Below are positions 13,074-26,027 of a stretch of DNA of 51,397 bases, in pieces. Origin of the DNA: Girardia tigrina (taxonomy: Eukaryota); the NCBI GenBank assembly GCA_001938485.1, contig MQRK01239985.1:1-51397 (forward strand), read 5' to 3'. The position numbers and the translations under genes are program-made. Position 1 is the first letter of the stretch; the number at the start of each line of letters is the position of its first letter. Below the pieces are notes generated by a model. That model saw nothing but the letters and a program-made list of their open reading frames with translations. It made no database searches and had not been told where the DNA came from.

Positions 13074-14762
13074 TATCGGAAGGTAGTTTGAATAAATAGA
13101 ATTTCGCAAATGGAGCTTTGAATTGAACGATCGTACCCCCAAAGCACGAAAGCAGCTGACGTTTACTATGAAAGTTTCATGGTCGAAAGTGGCAGTGTCA
13201 GCGAGGTGCGTGAAGGCGGTACTTGTTAGCTTCGGACTCTAATCAAAACTACTGACAAGTAGCGAACTACTGACGGTGAACTCTGGTAGAATTTAGACGG
13301 CCAGATACCAGATTTGCCGCTCAATCTGACGCAATGGAAGCTATTTTTATTGGTATGTCAGATCGGAGACGATTTCCCGGTTGGCCGCTGGCTAGACCGG
13401 CATGCAGTTTTATAAAATTTACTATACCATGGAACCGCGTGTAGTAGACATCACTGAGAAAATGGCTGAACGGCTCGCAAGTGAAGACCCAATGAACGGC
13501 AAGTGGGACTACGTGACTGTTATTCGTGCTGTTATACGTGCTGTGATGCAAGTTCGATTGCAACGAGTATTTCTGTAGAGACAAAGTGGTCAAGGATGTT
13601 TCGTGGCTGCTTAAATCAATCTGGCAGAACTTGAAGCGCCAATGAGGTCATAAAGGTATCAGTCGCGTGGGGATTAAAAAACATCAAGATTATGACCGAC
13701 TTCATCATTGTGTTCCGGTGGTTGTCGAACGTTACAAGGAGTGATGAACCAGTAGATCTAGTGGAATGAGCGAGCTCTTCGTAAAATGATGCATTTGTAC
13801 AATCAAGATATTATTGAAGAGGAGCACCTGTAGGTGGAGTAAAAACTCGTCATTTCAACAGTGAACTGAGAAGATCGCCAATCAAGCGTACCCAGTTACT
13901 GTCTGAAAGCGGTATAGAATGTGGCTACAGAAACAATGCGGAGAGCGGGAGATGATAGATAGATTGGAAGCGCTCCATGTCATCAACCATTTTGGGGTGA
14001 GACGGATGACGTTCATGGAGAGGAAATTGTGGGGATCAGGGTGCATTATTGAGATGCCGATGCAGTCGTTAGTGAAAGGATGCTTTCGTGGTGTACCAAT
14101 CGATCCGTCACCAGTAAAGTTTGAGACGGGTGAGCTGAGCTTCAGAGGAACATTGTAGTGGCTTTTCATTGACTTGACACACACTTCTGAGGCAAGGTAC
14201 ATGAAGTTGTTTGATTGAGTGTTGAGGTGTATTTTGTTTAGAGGTGGTTTGCTTCAGATTGCAACTGAGATTTATGTGCCGCTCTGAAAGTACTATTTAA
14301 TGAATTTGGTCCAATAGGAGAGCTCCAACTAGATAATTTCACGACACACTGAGGAGCGGCCACCAGTCGATTGCTGTCCGGAATGGGCGTTAAAATGCGG
14401 TTTTGGTGCGCAAATTGACCTAGCGAAATCGATATTGTCGAAAGCTGCCATAAGACCATCAACCGCATCGCGGTGTGGAGAGGGAACTCGGTCCACAAGA
14501 TGGTAGCATATTATGACACAACTCCAAATTATGATCCCACGAACTACGGCAACTAAGGCCAAATCAAGCCACCATTCGGCCCGAGAGATTTACAGTTTAT
14601 CTGAGAACAGGATTGAAATCGCCAAAGAATATCGTGACTCTCCAGTGAACAGACGGTGAATGTGCTTGTGCCTTGAATGAAATTGAGAGTTAAGTGGAAA
14701 TGTCGGAAAGTTGTTTGAATAAACAGAATTCGAAAGCATTCGAAACATCTTGTATTTCTACA
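13074..14762 (+). mobile_element. Degraded Ty3/gypsy LTR retrotransposon (RT end, RNase H, integrase); gag/pro deleted; right end approximate
   Basis: Fragments RPACSFIK, EDPMNGKW, CDASSIA, HVINHFGVRR, IDPSPVKFETGELS, IDLTH, LFNEFGP..LQLDN; purine tract AAGTGGAAA before TGTCGGAAAGTTGTTTGAATAAACAGAATT (14701), which matches TATCGGAAGGTAGTTTGAATAAATAGAATT at 13074. Confidence 0.8.
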
Positions 14763-17700
14763 GATATTCTCATTTACAGAAACTTTATTAAAATTTAAAT
14801 AAAAATGATAAATTAATAAATTAGCATATACATTAATTAACAAACTGGCCTCTAATCAGTATATAAACACGTTGTGACATTTTAATATCAAACAATTATT
14901 TAATGAATTTTATTTTTATATACATTATATTTATTCAATATTTCAAGAGATTCATGTGAAAAAAATGATATATTTGAGTACTTCATTGAATAAGCATTCG
15001 AATGGCAAGTCCAAAGTTTTAAGTTTCAAAAAGATTGTAATAGTTACATGATGCTAGATTTCTATACATCAAAATTTCATCTTTGTCAATAAATTCTTTG
15101 TCAAATTCTTTGTCAATAAATTTATTCGGCTGACGAGTACTCCATATGCCGAAAGGATTTGAGATATGTTTTGGAATGGTCCTCGCTATTTGTTCAGATG
15201 CCATGATTAAAACTGGGTAGCGAGTTCACAAAAAAAACTATTAATACTTTATAACCCATTGTAGCTGTTCATCATAGATGATAAAATTTATTGCATGACC
15301 TTGTGAAACAAGTTAAAATTACAAATTGATCATCAATCATTGCTTATTCTTGTTTAGAAGTGTTTAATTAAATCAATATCCTCAGTCACAATTCGTCTTC
15401 AGATTTTGACATCCTGAGAATTACCAAGAAATTGGTAAAATATGTTCATACAACGTTGAGTCTACTTTAAAATTTCACATTTATGTAAAATTGCTCAAAT
15501 ACGTGAAGCCTAAGTTTCTGAAGACGTCGATGGATTTTGAAATTGATGAATTATGAGCAAGTTCTGCTGATAATTTCCGTTATCAAAGGGGGGCTAGATG
15601 TTTTATTGCTGATAGCAGAGCATTGTCATATCTTGTGAGTTAATATCCGGATCCACATTTGTCTTCACCATACCATGACAAACTTCGTTGCTTATATAAA
15701 AGTCTCCGAAACATTTGCCGTTTTCTATTACTTTTATAAATACCTAAAAGAAGAAAGTTTCTAAAGAGACGGGAAAGAAATTATTCAAATGGATATAGAT
15801 TAGGAATTCGGTATTTAGTGGGAGAGTATTATGATTTCATCAACGGTTGTTTTGATACATCAGAACAGAAGAGAAACTTGCGCTATAATGAAAGTGATTT
15901 CTTCCTACCTTTCTGTGAGGGAAAATTCTGAATGTTGTAAGTTTGTTGTTTGTATGCTGTTTAGATTTGTGGCTCCCCTACTCAGATGGGATTGATATGT
16001 TATTGATTAATGATTTAAATCTTATGAAATTAATTTAATGAGATTAAAGTTTAAATACTAATTAATTAAAAGTTTTATAATTATAAATTTTAAAAATACT
16101 TTTAGTAAACGATTATAACTTATTAAATTTAATATAATTTAAAAATTAATGTTTATTTAAAAAATTATTTAATGCATTTTTATCCAATAAAAATTTGAGA
16201 AATTAAATGTTAATATTATTCTTATCTCATTAATTAATTTTAAGATTTGAATATAGCTACAAAAAACATATTAATCAAAAATGACGCTCTCTGCAAATTG
16301 TACTACTGACAACGAATGTGTTTGTGTTATTAATAAATCTTTGCACGCAGATTGTGATGTTGTTTGTACTTTCAAAACCTTTTAATAACAATTTTATATA
16401 TGATTTCAATTCAAGGTTTTTGATAAATGTTTAGAACCCCTTCATGCGTTATTTATATATTTGGATTAAAAAGTGAATTAAATTCGTATGGACTCATTAA
16501 TTGTCCCATCTGATTGTTATTCATCCGCTCATGGGAAATGTTTATATGTCATTATTTGAATACTGTAATTAACAAATAACAATTACATTCCATTAAAACA
16601 ATTAAAAGGCCGGACGACGTTTTGGTTTATGGCTAATGCCTAAATTATTCGGAAGTTTAATTAATTTATAATACAAATTTTTATAATTCAAAATAAAAAT
16701 TTATTTCAAGTTTCTTATTCGATTTACAAGAAAATATTTTAAATAATTAAAAAAATAATTACAAAAAAACTTTAATAAATCTTTTGCTTTTTTTAAAAAT
16801 ATTCTAAAAACATAAATGTGATAATTATTTTTAATTAAATTAAATTTTATTGAAAATTTAGATTCTTTTAAATTTTTTAAATTAAAAAAATGAAAATATA
16901 ATAAATAAAAATCTCAACCACTAGTAGGACATATATTAAGAAAAATTTAATTATCAATACTTAAAAGTGAGAGGTACCGCGCATTGTCTCTTTTATAGAT
17001 CAGTTTTTATGGTAAATAGTATATTATAATGCGATCAGTGTGTTATACTGTGACTTACCTATTAAACAGTGTTACTGTTATGAAAGTATCAGTATTTTAC
17101 AGCGCGCATTTTTTAAAAAAATAAATGATATTTTTTGAATATTCAACAACCTGAAAACCAACATTGAAAAGAAACTTTGATTTTTAAAGGTCGACTATGT
17201 TCTAGAATGACCATTTAGGATATTTGTTATATAAAGATAAATAAAACGGCAACAAGAATATGCTTTATTGAATTCAAATACAATAATATCTGAATATTAA
17301 AACAAATATTCAATAAATTATTTTTATAATATTTTCGCAACTTCATCATAATATTGTCACACGCCCCTCTTCGTCACAGCTTCCTCCAAACTGTAAATCC
17401 AAAGAAACCATCTATCAATGTGAGGTATGGTCTTCCATTTACATGTGATATGTCGATTGCAATACGTTCCTACAGCTCATTACACAACAGGTGTCCCGTC
17501 TCCCATCTGTGCGTTCTCGCCGGATCAAAACGACAGCACCTGTCACAGTTTTTATTACAGGCTTTAACCTTCTCTTTCGATACTTCGGATCCCATTTTCA
17601 CTCTGCACAATTCCAATGTACGTTGCACACGCAAGTGACAACAGTTATTAATTTTTTTGATTTCCTTCTCCAAATTCTGAATTTCGGTTTGTGACCTTAC

Positions 17701-19511
17701 ATTCCACTGTTTTGGAAAGCGTGTTAATCTGTCAGTTTTGTTATCTGCAGATGCAACAAGCTCAATTGACAAACATAACTCTTCTTCTTCGATAATTTCA
17801 CGAACACTTTCAAGCCACCTTCGAATGACTATCTCACTTAATGCATGTATTTTCGCATTGTAAGTTTTATTGGTTATTGATTTGAGCCATCCGTACACTG
17901 TTTTTGAATCCACCTTTGGGATCAGTCTGTGCGCTGCCCATTTCATCGCTAAGTTTATTCCCTTGATGGCAGCATCCAATTCGCTACGATTTATGTGATT
18001 TAGGTCATCCTTGGGTCTCAACCAAGTGGCGTCTTCTGTGATCTCGTTATCTACTTCCAACAAGATTCCAATTGCCACTGAGCTCGCATCAGTCCAGATC
18101 GTCATTGGTGAGTCCTGTTTCACTGGCCATCTTACTTACTTGGATCACGATTCTCTATCAAAATTTTTTTAATACTTTTAACCTTCTGTAATACTTCGAT
18201 TCCTACAGATTTATCCCAGTGTTTCGCTTCCGCAGCTGTCATCCTTTGTAACTTTGAGTACATGATTCTCAGTTGTCCACAAATGGGGAGGTGACATATT
18301 AGTTTCCCAACAAAGTGGTGTAGATTTTGTCTTGTTATCTTTTCGCCTTCGAACTCCGAAATGTCTCGGTCTCTGGATCAATTCCAGTCTTTATCTATTT
18401 TTAAGACTAACACTCTAACCGAATCATTTTTCGAAATTTTCTCCGATTATTTCGATTCCAAACCCCACTCAGGGAAATGCCTTTGCACTTCTTCCGCGGT
18501 AACATATATCTTGTCACAATATAAGTCATCAATATAGCTGGATACACCTCGATTGAGATCATCGTTCAAATAGATGATATATTCTACAATCTTCGTCATA
18601 ATCTTCGGTGCTGAGCATAATCCAAATCCTAAACGTGTAAGTAAGAACGTTTTATCTCGCCACTTTACCGGTTGATGAACCCACAAACTTTGATCAATGT
18701 TAATCTGTAAGTATGTTCTTTTGAGATCCAAAACAGCAGCATTCTGCCCCGATTGCCTCCACTTTCTTATTCTTTCCGCATATTGGTAGTTGTCCTCATG
18801 GATGCGATTGTAATAATTTGTTCAGCTCCCGGTAATAAAATACGGGTCTTATTTTCGATTTGCTTCATTTCTCTTGCCTCACACTCATGAGAGGAAGATA
18901 TCTTCTGATTGGGTCATGTTTAATTTCGTTATACGCGACTAGCACATTCTCATCAATTCATGATTAAATTTCCATGTCAAATCCTTCTTTATCTCCATCA
19001 TTCACGAACTGTCGGGGTGTGAGATACACTTTTGCCCCACCACTAACTGGATTCAATTTCCACTTGACTTTTCACTGGGCACCATTCCACTCCGCGAGAA
19101 ATTCGATATCATCGATAATTTATGGATTCCCTCTTCTAACCCGTACTTATTTATTTTATAACTCCGCAGGATTTGTCAGTCGAGACCACTTTTAACGTTA
19201 TATCAGGATTTATCCCGAGCATCTTATGTATGGTCATAACATCAAGTCTTAGAATCATTTCAACCCTCAATAGAAACACATCCATTATAGATGCTTTTAC
19301 ATTACTCATCTGCAGCCCCCGTCCCAAACTACACTTACCAGACTCACATAACTGTCACTGTATACTCCCTTACCCTTCATCAGTTTAAATTTAACTAACT
19401 CTGTTTTCACCATTAATCCAACCACACAATGCCGCGCAATTAGAGATATGCTGCAGCCGGTATCAATCATCGATACTCTTCTAATATTAGAAATTAAGAC
19501 TGAAGTCAACA

Positions 19512-19578
19512 TCGCAGAACCCGCACGGAGACTGTAATCTAATTCTGCGAATTGACAGCCTCCGTCTCCCTGTTTCCC
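19512..19578 (-). promoter_or_regulatory. Putative -1 programmed ribosomal frameshift signal (gag-pro)
   Basis: G GGA AAC heptamer in the gag phase; 6-nt spacer; stem1 ACGGAGGCUGU/ACAGUCUCCGU; stem2 UCGCAGAA/UUCUGCGA; gag stops 11 codons later while the -1 frame reads on into the protease (QGDGGCQFAELDYSLRAGSAMLTSV...IDTG). Confidence 0.8.
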
Positions 19579-19799
19579 GAAAGATTAGAGCATTCAGGCT
19601 TACGATGGCCATTTTTCACAGTTGAAGCACTTAACTGGACACTTACTTCGATTACGGCCCACTTTTTTGCAGCAATAGCACCGTATCACTGCTGGGGTTC
19701 TCACCTTGTTCGATCTGTTGACTAATTCTGTCTCAAATCCAGCCATGGTATATTGTAGCGACCCGTTTGCTTGGGATAATAAGCTTTTAGCTGCTGATA

Positions 19800-19867
19800 C
19801 AGTGCGTTCAAAAAGTAACTGTCCACCTGCAATTTCAAAACAAGAACGATATCCTCTGTCTTAACTT
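19800..19867. mobile_element. 68-bp terminal fragment of the rosa-type Tc1/mariner, inserted at a TA in gag and flanked by a 60-bp duplication
   Basis: CAGTGCGTTCAAAAAGTAACTGT..CACCTGCAATTTCAAAACAAGAACGATAT nearly identical to 50890-50943; 19740-19799 repeated at 19868-19927. Confidence 0.85.
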
Positions 19868-22154
19868 CAGCCATGGTATATTGTAGCGACCCGTTTGGTT
19901 GGGATAATAAGCTTTTAGCTGCTGATATTATCTTATTTTTATCATATCTTCACCGTGAAGCACCAGCACTTGATTTCTCAAATTTGTGGGTATAGAGTCA
20001 AGAAAAAACAAGGAAATTACCTTTTCTGGCACCGCCTTTCTGCACAGGCTATCACAAACAGCGTGAATATTTTTTCTGCCAGTTTATCCGGTGATTCACT
20101 CGGCAATAACGATAGGTTCTTCAACTCAGTCCATGCTTGTACTTTTGACTTACCATATGTTCTCCTCAGGGTGCCTTTTATTGTGCCAAGATCTTGTTTT
20201 GCGCTTTCATAGAGTAGCTCCAGGTAAAATATGCGTCACCGGTCAGGAAAAGGGGAATGAGTAAGGCTAATTTCGACTCACTCCCAATTATTCTTGAGGC
20301 TGTTTCTAACCGATCGATTCAGTTTTCGACATCTTATTGTCCACTAAATTTTGTCACCACATTGGTAATTTTAAAATTCTCTATTCTATCCAATGTCATA
20401 ATAACTTGTTATATAAAGATAAATAAAACGGCAACAAGAATATGTTTTATTGAATTCAAATATAAATATAATAATAACTGAATATTAAAATACATATACA
20501 ATAAATTATTTTTAGTATTTGATATGTTAAATTAAATTTTAATTAAAATTTTTTTGAATAATATGATGTTTAGAAATAGAAAATAAAAGTTTATCAATCA
20601 ATAAAGATGACTAGCTACAAAAGTTTTATGGATAATTGTCCTAGTGGCAATTCAAATTGTGATATCAATAAATGTATTGAAAATCCAATTAGTAATCTTA
20701 ACAATCAAGACTTAATAACTCAAAATCAACTTTTGCCTGAAATTCTCGATCGCTCTACCTTTAATTCGAATTTTAAGCACTTAATCTTGGATGACCTTGA
20801 ATGGCCTTCAGAGACCTTGGATTACTATATCGTTACATATCTGGATTAACGAGACCACTTCAAAATATGTAGTTTTGGGGGCCTTTAAAGAGTTTAGTAG
20901 CTACATAGATATATGATAAAAACATATACATACATGTACGGACAAACCAAATACATTAGTACCTGTTTTCATATGAGAAAATGTGCTAAAATATTTTTTC
21001 AATAAAATGAAAGAAAAAAGATTTGAGAAAAAAGAATAGCTGATAAAAATGATACTAAATCAAACAAAATCAAACATGAAAAAAACAAACATATTGTCAA
21101 GTTTGAATGTTTATATTGATAAATTTTCCATAAAAAGTTTTTAAATTATTTTTAAATGAATTAAATTTAAAATGTAATTAATAGACAGAAATTTAGAAAA
21201 AAATAGATAAATATAATTACATTCATTATTTATGACCAAAGAAAAAAAATGAAACAAAAATTTTCATGTAACAAAATAATGGAAGAATTTTCATTTTAAT
21301 TAAAAAAATAATTTTTTTAAGTACGTAATTAAAGTAATTAAGTTTTGTTTAATTAATTAAAATAAATTTTATTTATAATTTTAATCAAAAACGTTTAATT
21401 GAAATAATTGCAAATTAGACATTTATTAACTATGCTTTTTTTTACAAGTTTTATTTATTAAGCTTAAATAAAATACTAATTTATTGGTATTTTATTATTA
21501 ATTTAATTAATTGAAATATAATAATTATTTAATTTTTAAATGTCAGAAAATGCAGTTTTATGCCTTTTCTCTGTCAGCTTGAAGCAAATGAAGTCAATGA
21601 GTAGTAAATAAACAATGATTGACATCAACTTAATATATAAATAATTATTTTATTATTTATTTATTTTTTATTGATTAATTATTTAAATAAATCTATTTGA
21701 TTTTATGCAAAAATTTCGAAAATATGTTTAATTTTATTACTATTATTTTCCATTGACTTCTTTTTTGGTTTTAGAAAAATACAACCTTTTTGAAAGTCTT
21801 CAAAATTATTGTTTTAATTCATGAGTGGAAGCTTCTGTAAAATAATAAAAAAATTACAAATTAATAAAAATCGGAAAATGAAATGACATTTCTACATTAA
21901 TCTTTCAAATTAATCACTTCTTTTTTCATTTGATTACTTATTCGTAATTTATCAAAAGAGAAAATCTTTTCTCTCCATTAAATTTGTGGAAAACCATCAA
22001 AGAATAAAATATTACAATTTTTGTCAGTTTATTGGAACAAAAATACAAAACTATATTTTATATCATCATTACAATATTCAGTCATTGAAACATTGAATTA
22101 TATTTTCTTTTAAATTCCTAATATAATTGAATAAAATATAATAATATAATATAT

Positions 22155-23340
22155 TACTAAGTTGTAAAATATGGAATTTGTAGAACGAAATTCAAAGTTT
22201 ATTGATAATTAACCAAAACAAATATTTATGTCATTCATCACTGTAGCTGAATTCATCCATATTATCGACACACATTAACCATTTGAGCGGCAGCTTGTTG
22301 AGGCAAATAGAATAAAAATTTGGTAGACAAGAATCTACAAATTCCTGAAAGGTCATTTTTAGGGAATCTTCGGAATTGAATATTTTTCCTATTAAAAGTT
22401 GTTTAAATTGAGAAATAAATGGTAGTCACTTAGGGCTAGATCTTGTGAGTATGGATGATTATGCAGAAGTTCCAACTCAAGTTCCTGTAGTTTTTTCAAT
22501 TACATAAGTGCAGTATATGGTTTTCGGGGTGCAAAAATAAGTCCACATGTTTACCAAACGCGGCTGATTTTCTTTGAGTTTCCGCATCAAATCTTCCAAT
22601 CGATTGCAGTATACATCTGTTAGGATTGATGAACCACATTTCATTAAGTAATAATGAATTATAACAGTGACAGAATACCAAACACTCAAGATCAGCTTCT
22701 TTATACGAATGTTGTGATTTCCACTGTGTTTTCGTTCTTCATTGCTTGAACTTGCCACCCAGCTTGCTTAAATTTTATTACAATTCTCATATTAGGCCTT
22801 CTTTTATCACAAGTGATGACTCGAGTTAAAATATGATCACGTTTATAACGAGAAACCTTCATCCAAAAGATTTTGTTTTTATTTTCCTTCAACTTATGTG
22901 TAATTCCCTTATCAAATATTTTCACTATACAAATTAATCCAAGTGATTCAATATTGTTTGCTTTGTAACATCAATTGTTAGCAATAAAACAGGAGCCCTT
23001 TAAGAAGGATCCGAGTCTACTTTTACCTTCAGTTCATCATTAACTACCTGAGTTCTCGGTGAATCTGAGACTCATTATTAGGTTTTAAATTACCTTTCAA
23101 AAATTTCCTAAGCCAATTTGAGACTCTGTACTTTGAATTTCCACTTTACCATTTTTAAAAATAGTGATTATTCTAAGTCGTTATATATAATTTAAATTAA
23201 TTTATATTGATTCGTTCAATAGCCAAGATAAGTAGCATCAAACAAAAGAATCTGAGCAAGAAATTGTGAAGTCATTGTCACTTTATAATTATTGGAATTT
23301 ATTTTAATCAGGCCAAAAAATTTCATACTTTACTACTATA
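22155..23340 (-). mobile_element. Degraded mariner, same family as 2780-5625
   Basis: ILTRVITCDKR, KKLILSVW, DVYCNRLEDLMRKLKENQPRLVN, HPYSQDLALSDYHLF-like fragments; degenerate TIRs AAGTTGTAAAATATGGAATTT / AAATTTCATACTTTACTACTA. Confidence 0.8.
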
Positions 23341-23342
23341 TA

Positions 23343-24676
23343 TAAGGTTGTCTTAGGTTTTGTCGAACACATATATCTATGTTAACTGCAAATATCCTTG
23401 AATCACATAAATAATTCTTATATATTTGCAATCCCTAATAAAATGTGAATTAGATATAAAGGCATTTGCGATTTAGTTATGTACAAATATTTTTATTTTC
23501 TGTTCTAAATGAATTTTCGTTTTAATAAAATAATAGCATTTTCGAAAAGTTCGCACATTTTCATCATCCTAATGGATTTTAATCGCTCTGATATTAGAAA
23601 TTAATTTATTATTGTTAGAAAAAGGATTTATCACCATCACAGATGACTGACGAAATTAACACCACCCTTGGAGTTGGAACAGTTTCAAAGAGAATTATGT
23701 GAAAGGTGGATTTCCAATTTTCGTGAAAACAACTTTAACACAGACGATCAAGTCCACAAATGGCGGCCCTCTCTTGACATAGACGAGAAGATTCTGACTG
23801 ACGACAAGCGTGCAACAACGAAGAACATTGCAGAGGGAATTGATCAGGATAAAACCACGGTGTGCCGGTACTTGAATGCAATGGGATACCGATACCTGGA
23901 ACATTGCTAGGTGCCACACGCTCTGACGCAACACAACAAGGAAAATTGCAAAAGAATTTGTAAACAGCTATTAGATAGTTATCACCAGAATGATTTCCTG
24001 TCCCAAATCATCATCTGCGATGATGATAGGACAACGGAGGCACTTTCAACAATAGATCATGGAGAAAATCGGATGAAAAACCCCTTGCAACACCGGCACG
24101 AAGACTAACAATTCGAAAGCATCTCGCCTCCATCTTTTGGGACAGGAAAGGACTGCTCTTGTTAGATGTTTTACGTCCAAAGGCTACAATCAATGCGGAT
24201 GTCTACTGTACTAAGCTGGATCGTCTCATTATCTCCTTTCAGCAGAGGTACAGACGGTTGGTCCATGGCAGAAACCACAATGTTCATTATCGCCACGATA
24301 ATGTTCGTCCGCATACGGCTGCTAAGACCAAGGACAAGCTGAATGCGCTTGGATTCACCGTACTACCATATCCACATACTCCCCCAATCTCTCACCATCT
24401 GACTATTATCTATTTTCTCCAATGAAATGTACACTTAGAGAAAATAATTATGCCTGTGTCAATGATATCAATGAAGATCTTTTATATTGTTTTGACAAGA
24501 AATCGCGTAATTTTTTCCAAAATTGAATACGCAGCCTCCCTGGACATTGGCTGAGATGTATTGGGCACAATGTCGACTAATTTTCACATTTGCATGACTC
24601 AGGCAATTGATAAAATATGTTATATTTTATTGTATTTTGATGTTTTTTTTGCAAAAACACTTATGAGGCAACCTTA
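23343..24676 (+). mobile_element. Degraded mariner (DD34D) of another family
   Basis: TIRs TAAGGTTGTCTTAGG / CTTATGAGGCAACCTTA with TA TSDs; pseudo-ORF from ATG 23572: ERWISNFRE, VPHALT, IIICDD, HDNVRPH, PYSPNLSPSDYYLF. Confidence 0.88.
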
Positions 24677-25028
24677 TATTACATAATACATAGAATATTT
24701 TTTATTAATTATTATTATAACTGCTTATTATTACATATTATTAGAATATTTATTAGGTATAGGACAGTTTAAATAGAAAGCAATGCAACTCCTATGCAAT
24801 TATTATCCCTATGATACAATGTAGCACCTAATTTATTTAATTAATTTGTTATTGATGTATTTAATATACACAATACGTAGCAATCAAACCAAAAACCTTA
24901 GCAACAAAATGTTTAGTCATTGTCAAATTACAACTATTTTAACACATTGACTGCTGTTGACATCATGCACCGAACGTCTGCTACGCGTGGGACAAAAAAG
25001 TTTACTGCCGCGCCTTTTTAACATTTAA

Positions 25029-25164
25029 CACATTGAATGCTGAGTACGAGATATCTCGTACTTAGCGTCTTAGTAATGTAAGCCAAAGTACGAGATATCT
25101 CGTACTTAGCGTCTAACTAATGAATATTGAAGTACGAGATATCTCGTACTCAGCATTCAATGTG
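25029..25164. mobile_element. piggyBac-type MITE built from three phased 20-bp palindromes
   Basis: TTAA TSDs at 25025-25028 and 25165-25168; perfect TIR CACATTGAATGCTGAGTACGAGATATCTCGTACT; palindrome AGTACGAGATATCTCGTACT at 25043, 25087 and 25131; related orphan end TTAA-CACATTGACTGC at 24939. Confidence 0.88.
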
Positions 25165-26027
25165 TTAATTTTTTTTAATCATGCCTACAAATTTAATACT
25201 TTACAACCTCATAAATTCTATTTAGTTGTGGTTAGTTATGTTGTGAGTACATCGTTTCTATTAGGAAGCGTTATTGAGTGGTTGTATTTATTTTATTTTT
25301 GTAGAGTAGGTCATCCCCGTCCTTCCAAATATACAATGTGGTTTTACATACGATGATATTTTGTTTTTTCTGTAGGGATTACAAGTTTTTTGAACTAATA
25401 AATTCCTGGCGTTGCTTCATATTGACATGTACCACTATTTTTCGTCTCCATAACGATTTAGTAAAGAAACCTTTGCGCATATCAATGTTCTTTACAATGA
25501 CAAAGAAGAAATATGCAGAGAATGGGAATTTTTGATAAATTGTTGTTGTTGATCAAAGCATGCGGAACTAATAGGCCAAAATTTTTTTCCTCTCTTAGTG
25601 AGCAAAGATGATTTATTGTTGTACCATAGACAGATACAATTATCTCAGCTCATTCTCTTGTCATTAAAAGAAGTTTATCAATAAAAAGCTATTTCGAAAT
25701 TATAAAATTTGAAATTTGATTTAAAACATTCCTTTAAACATAGCTTTGTCTCCGTATACGACACAAATCTTTGGACCAATTTCCTCGTCTGTAGTTAAAA
25801 AAGATTAAACATAAAAGGAAGACGATGTCAAAAAACTTATTTTGTCGAGTCCAGTTCATTCTAACACTTTTTAAGAAGAAAGTTCGGTATATTTTTAGTA
25901 AAAAGATTCACTTTCAAAAACATAAATTATTATGATAAAAGGAATTAATTTTAAGTTTAATTTTAAATAAAAACGGTCTTGGTTAATAAGAAAACCTAAT
26001 TATTAGTTTTTGATATTCTTTTTGATA

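Larger units (their letters stand above)
17225..20515 (-). mobile_element. Ty3/gypsy LTR retrotransposon relic (gag-CCHC, protease, RT, RNase H, truncated integrase)
   Basis: Direct repeats 17225-17361 (TG...CA 3' LTR) and 20407-20515 (truncated 5' LTR); PPT GAAGAGGGGCG next to 17361; two CCHC knuckles at ~19590-19680; IDTGC protease; DLKRTYLQI..RLGFGL..YIDD RT; WTDASS RNase H; integrase Zn finger then deletion. Confidence 0.93.

Noticed and set aside
14990-15990. Coding-like block of raised complexity (similar blocks at ~6300-6620, 8340-8760, 26160-26500, 39340-39750 and 49560-50430)
   Set aside because: Many stops in all frames and only faint transposase-like hints (SFISCGI, CENP-B-like or SWIM-like spacing); too weak to call without a search
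25043-25153. CRISPR array
   Set aside because: Only three repeats, spacers resemble each other, no cas genes, eukaryotic context, and the unit is bounded by perfect TIRs and TTAA, so it is a piggyBac MITE
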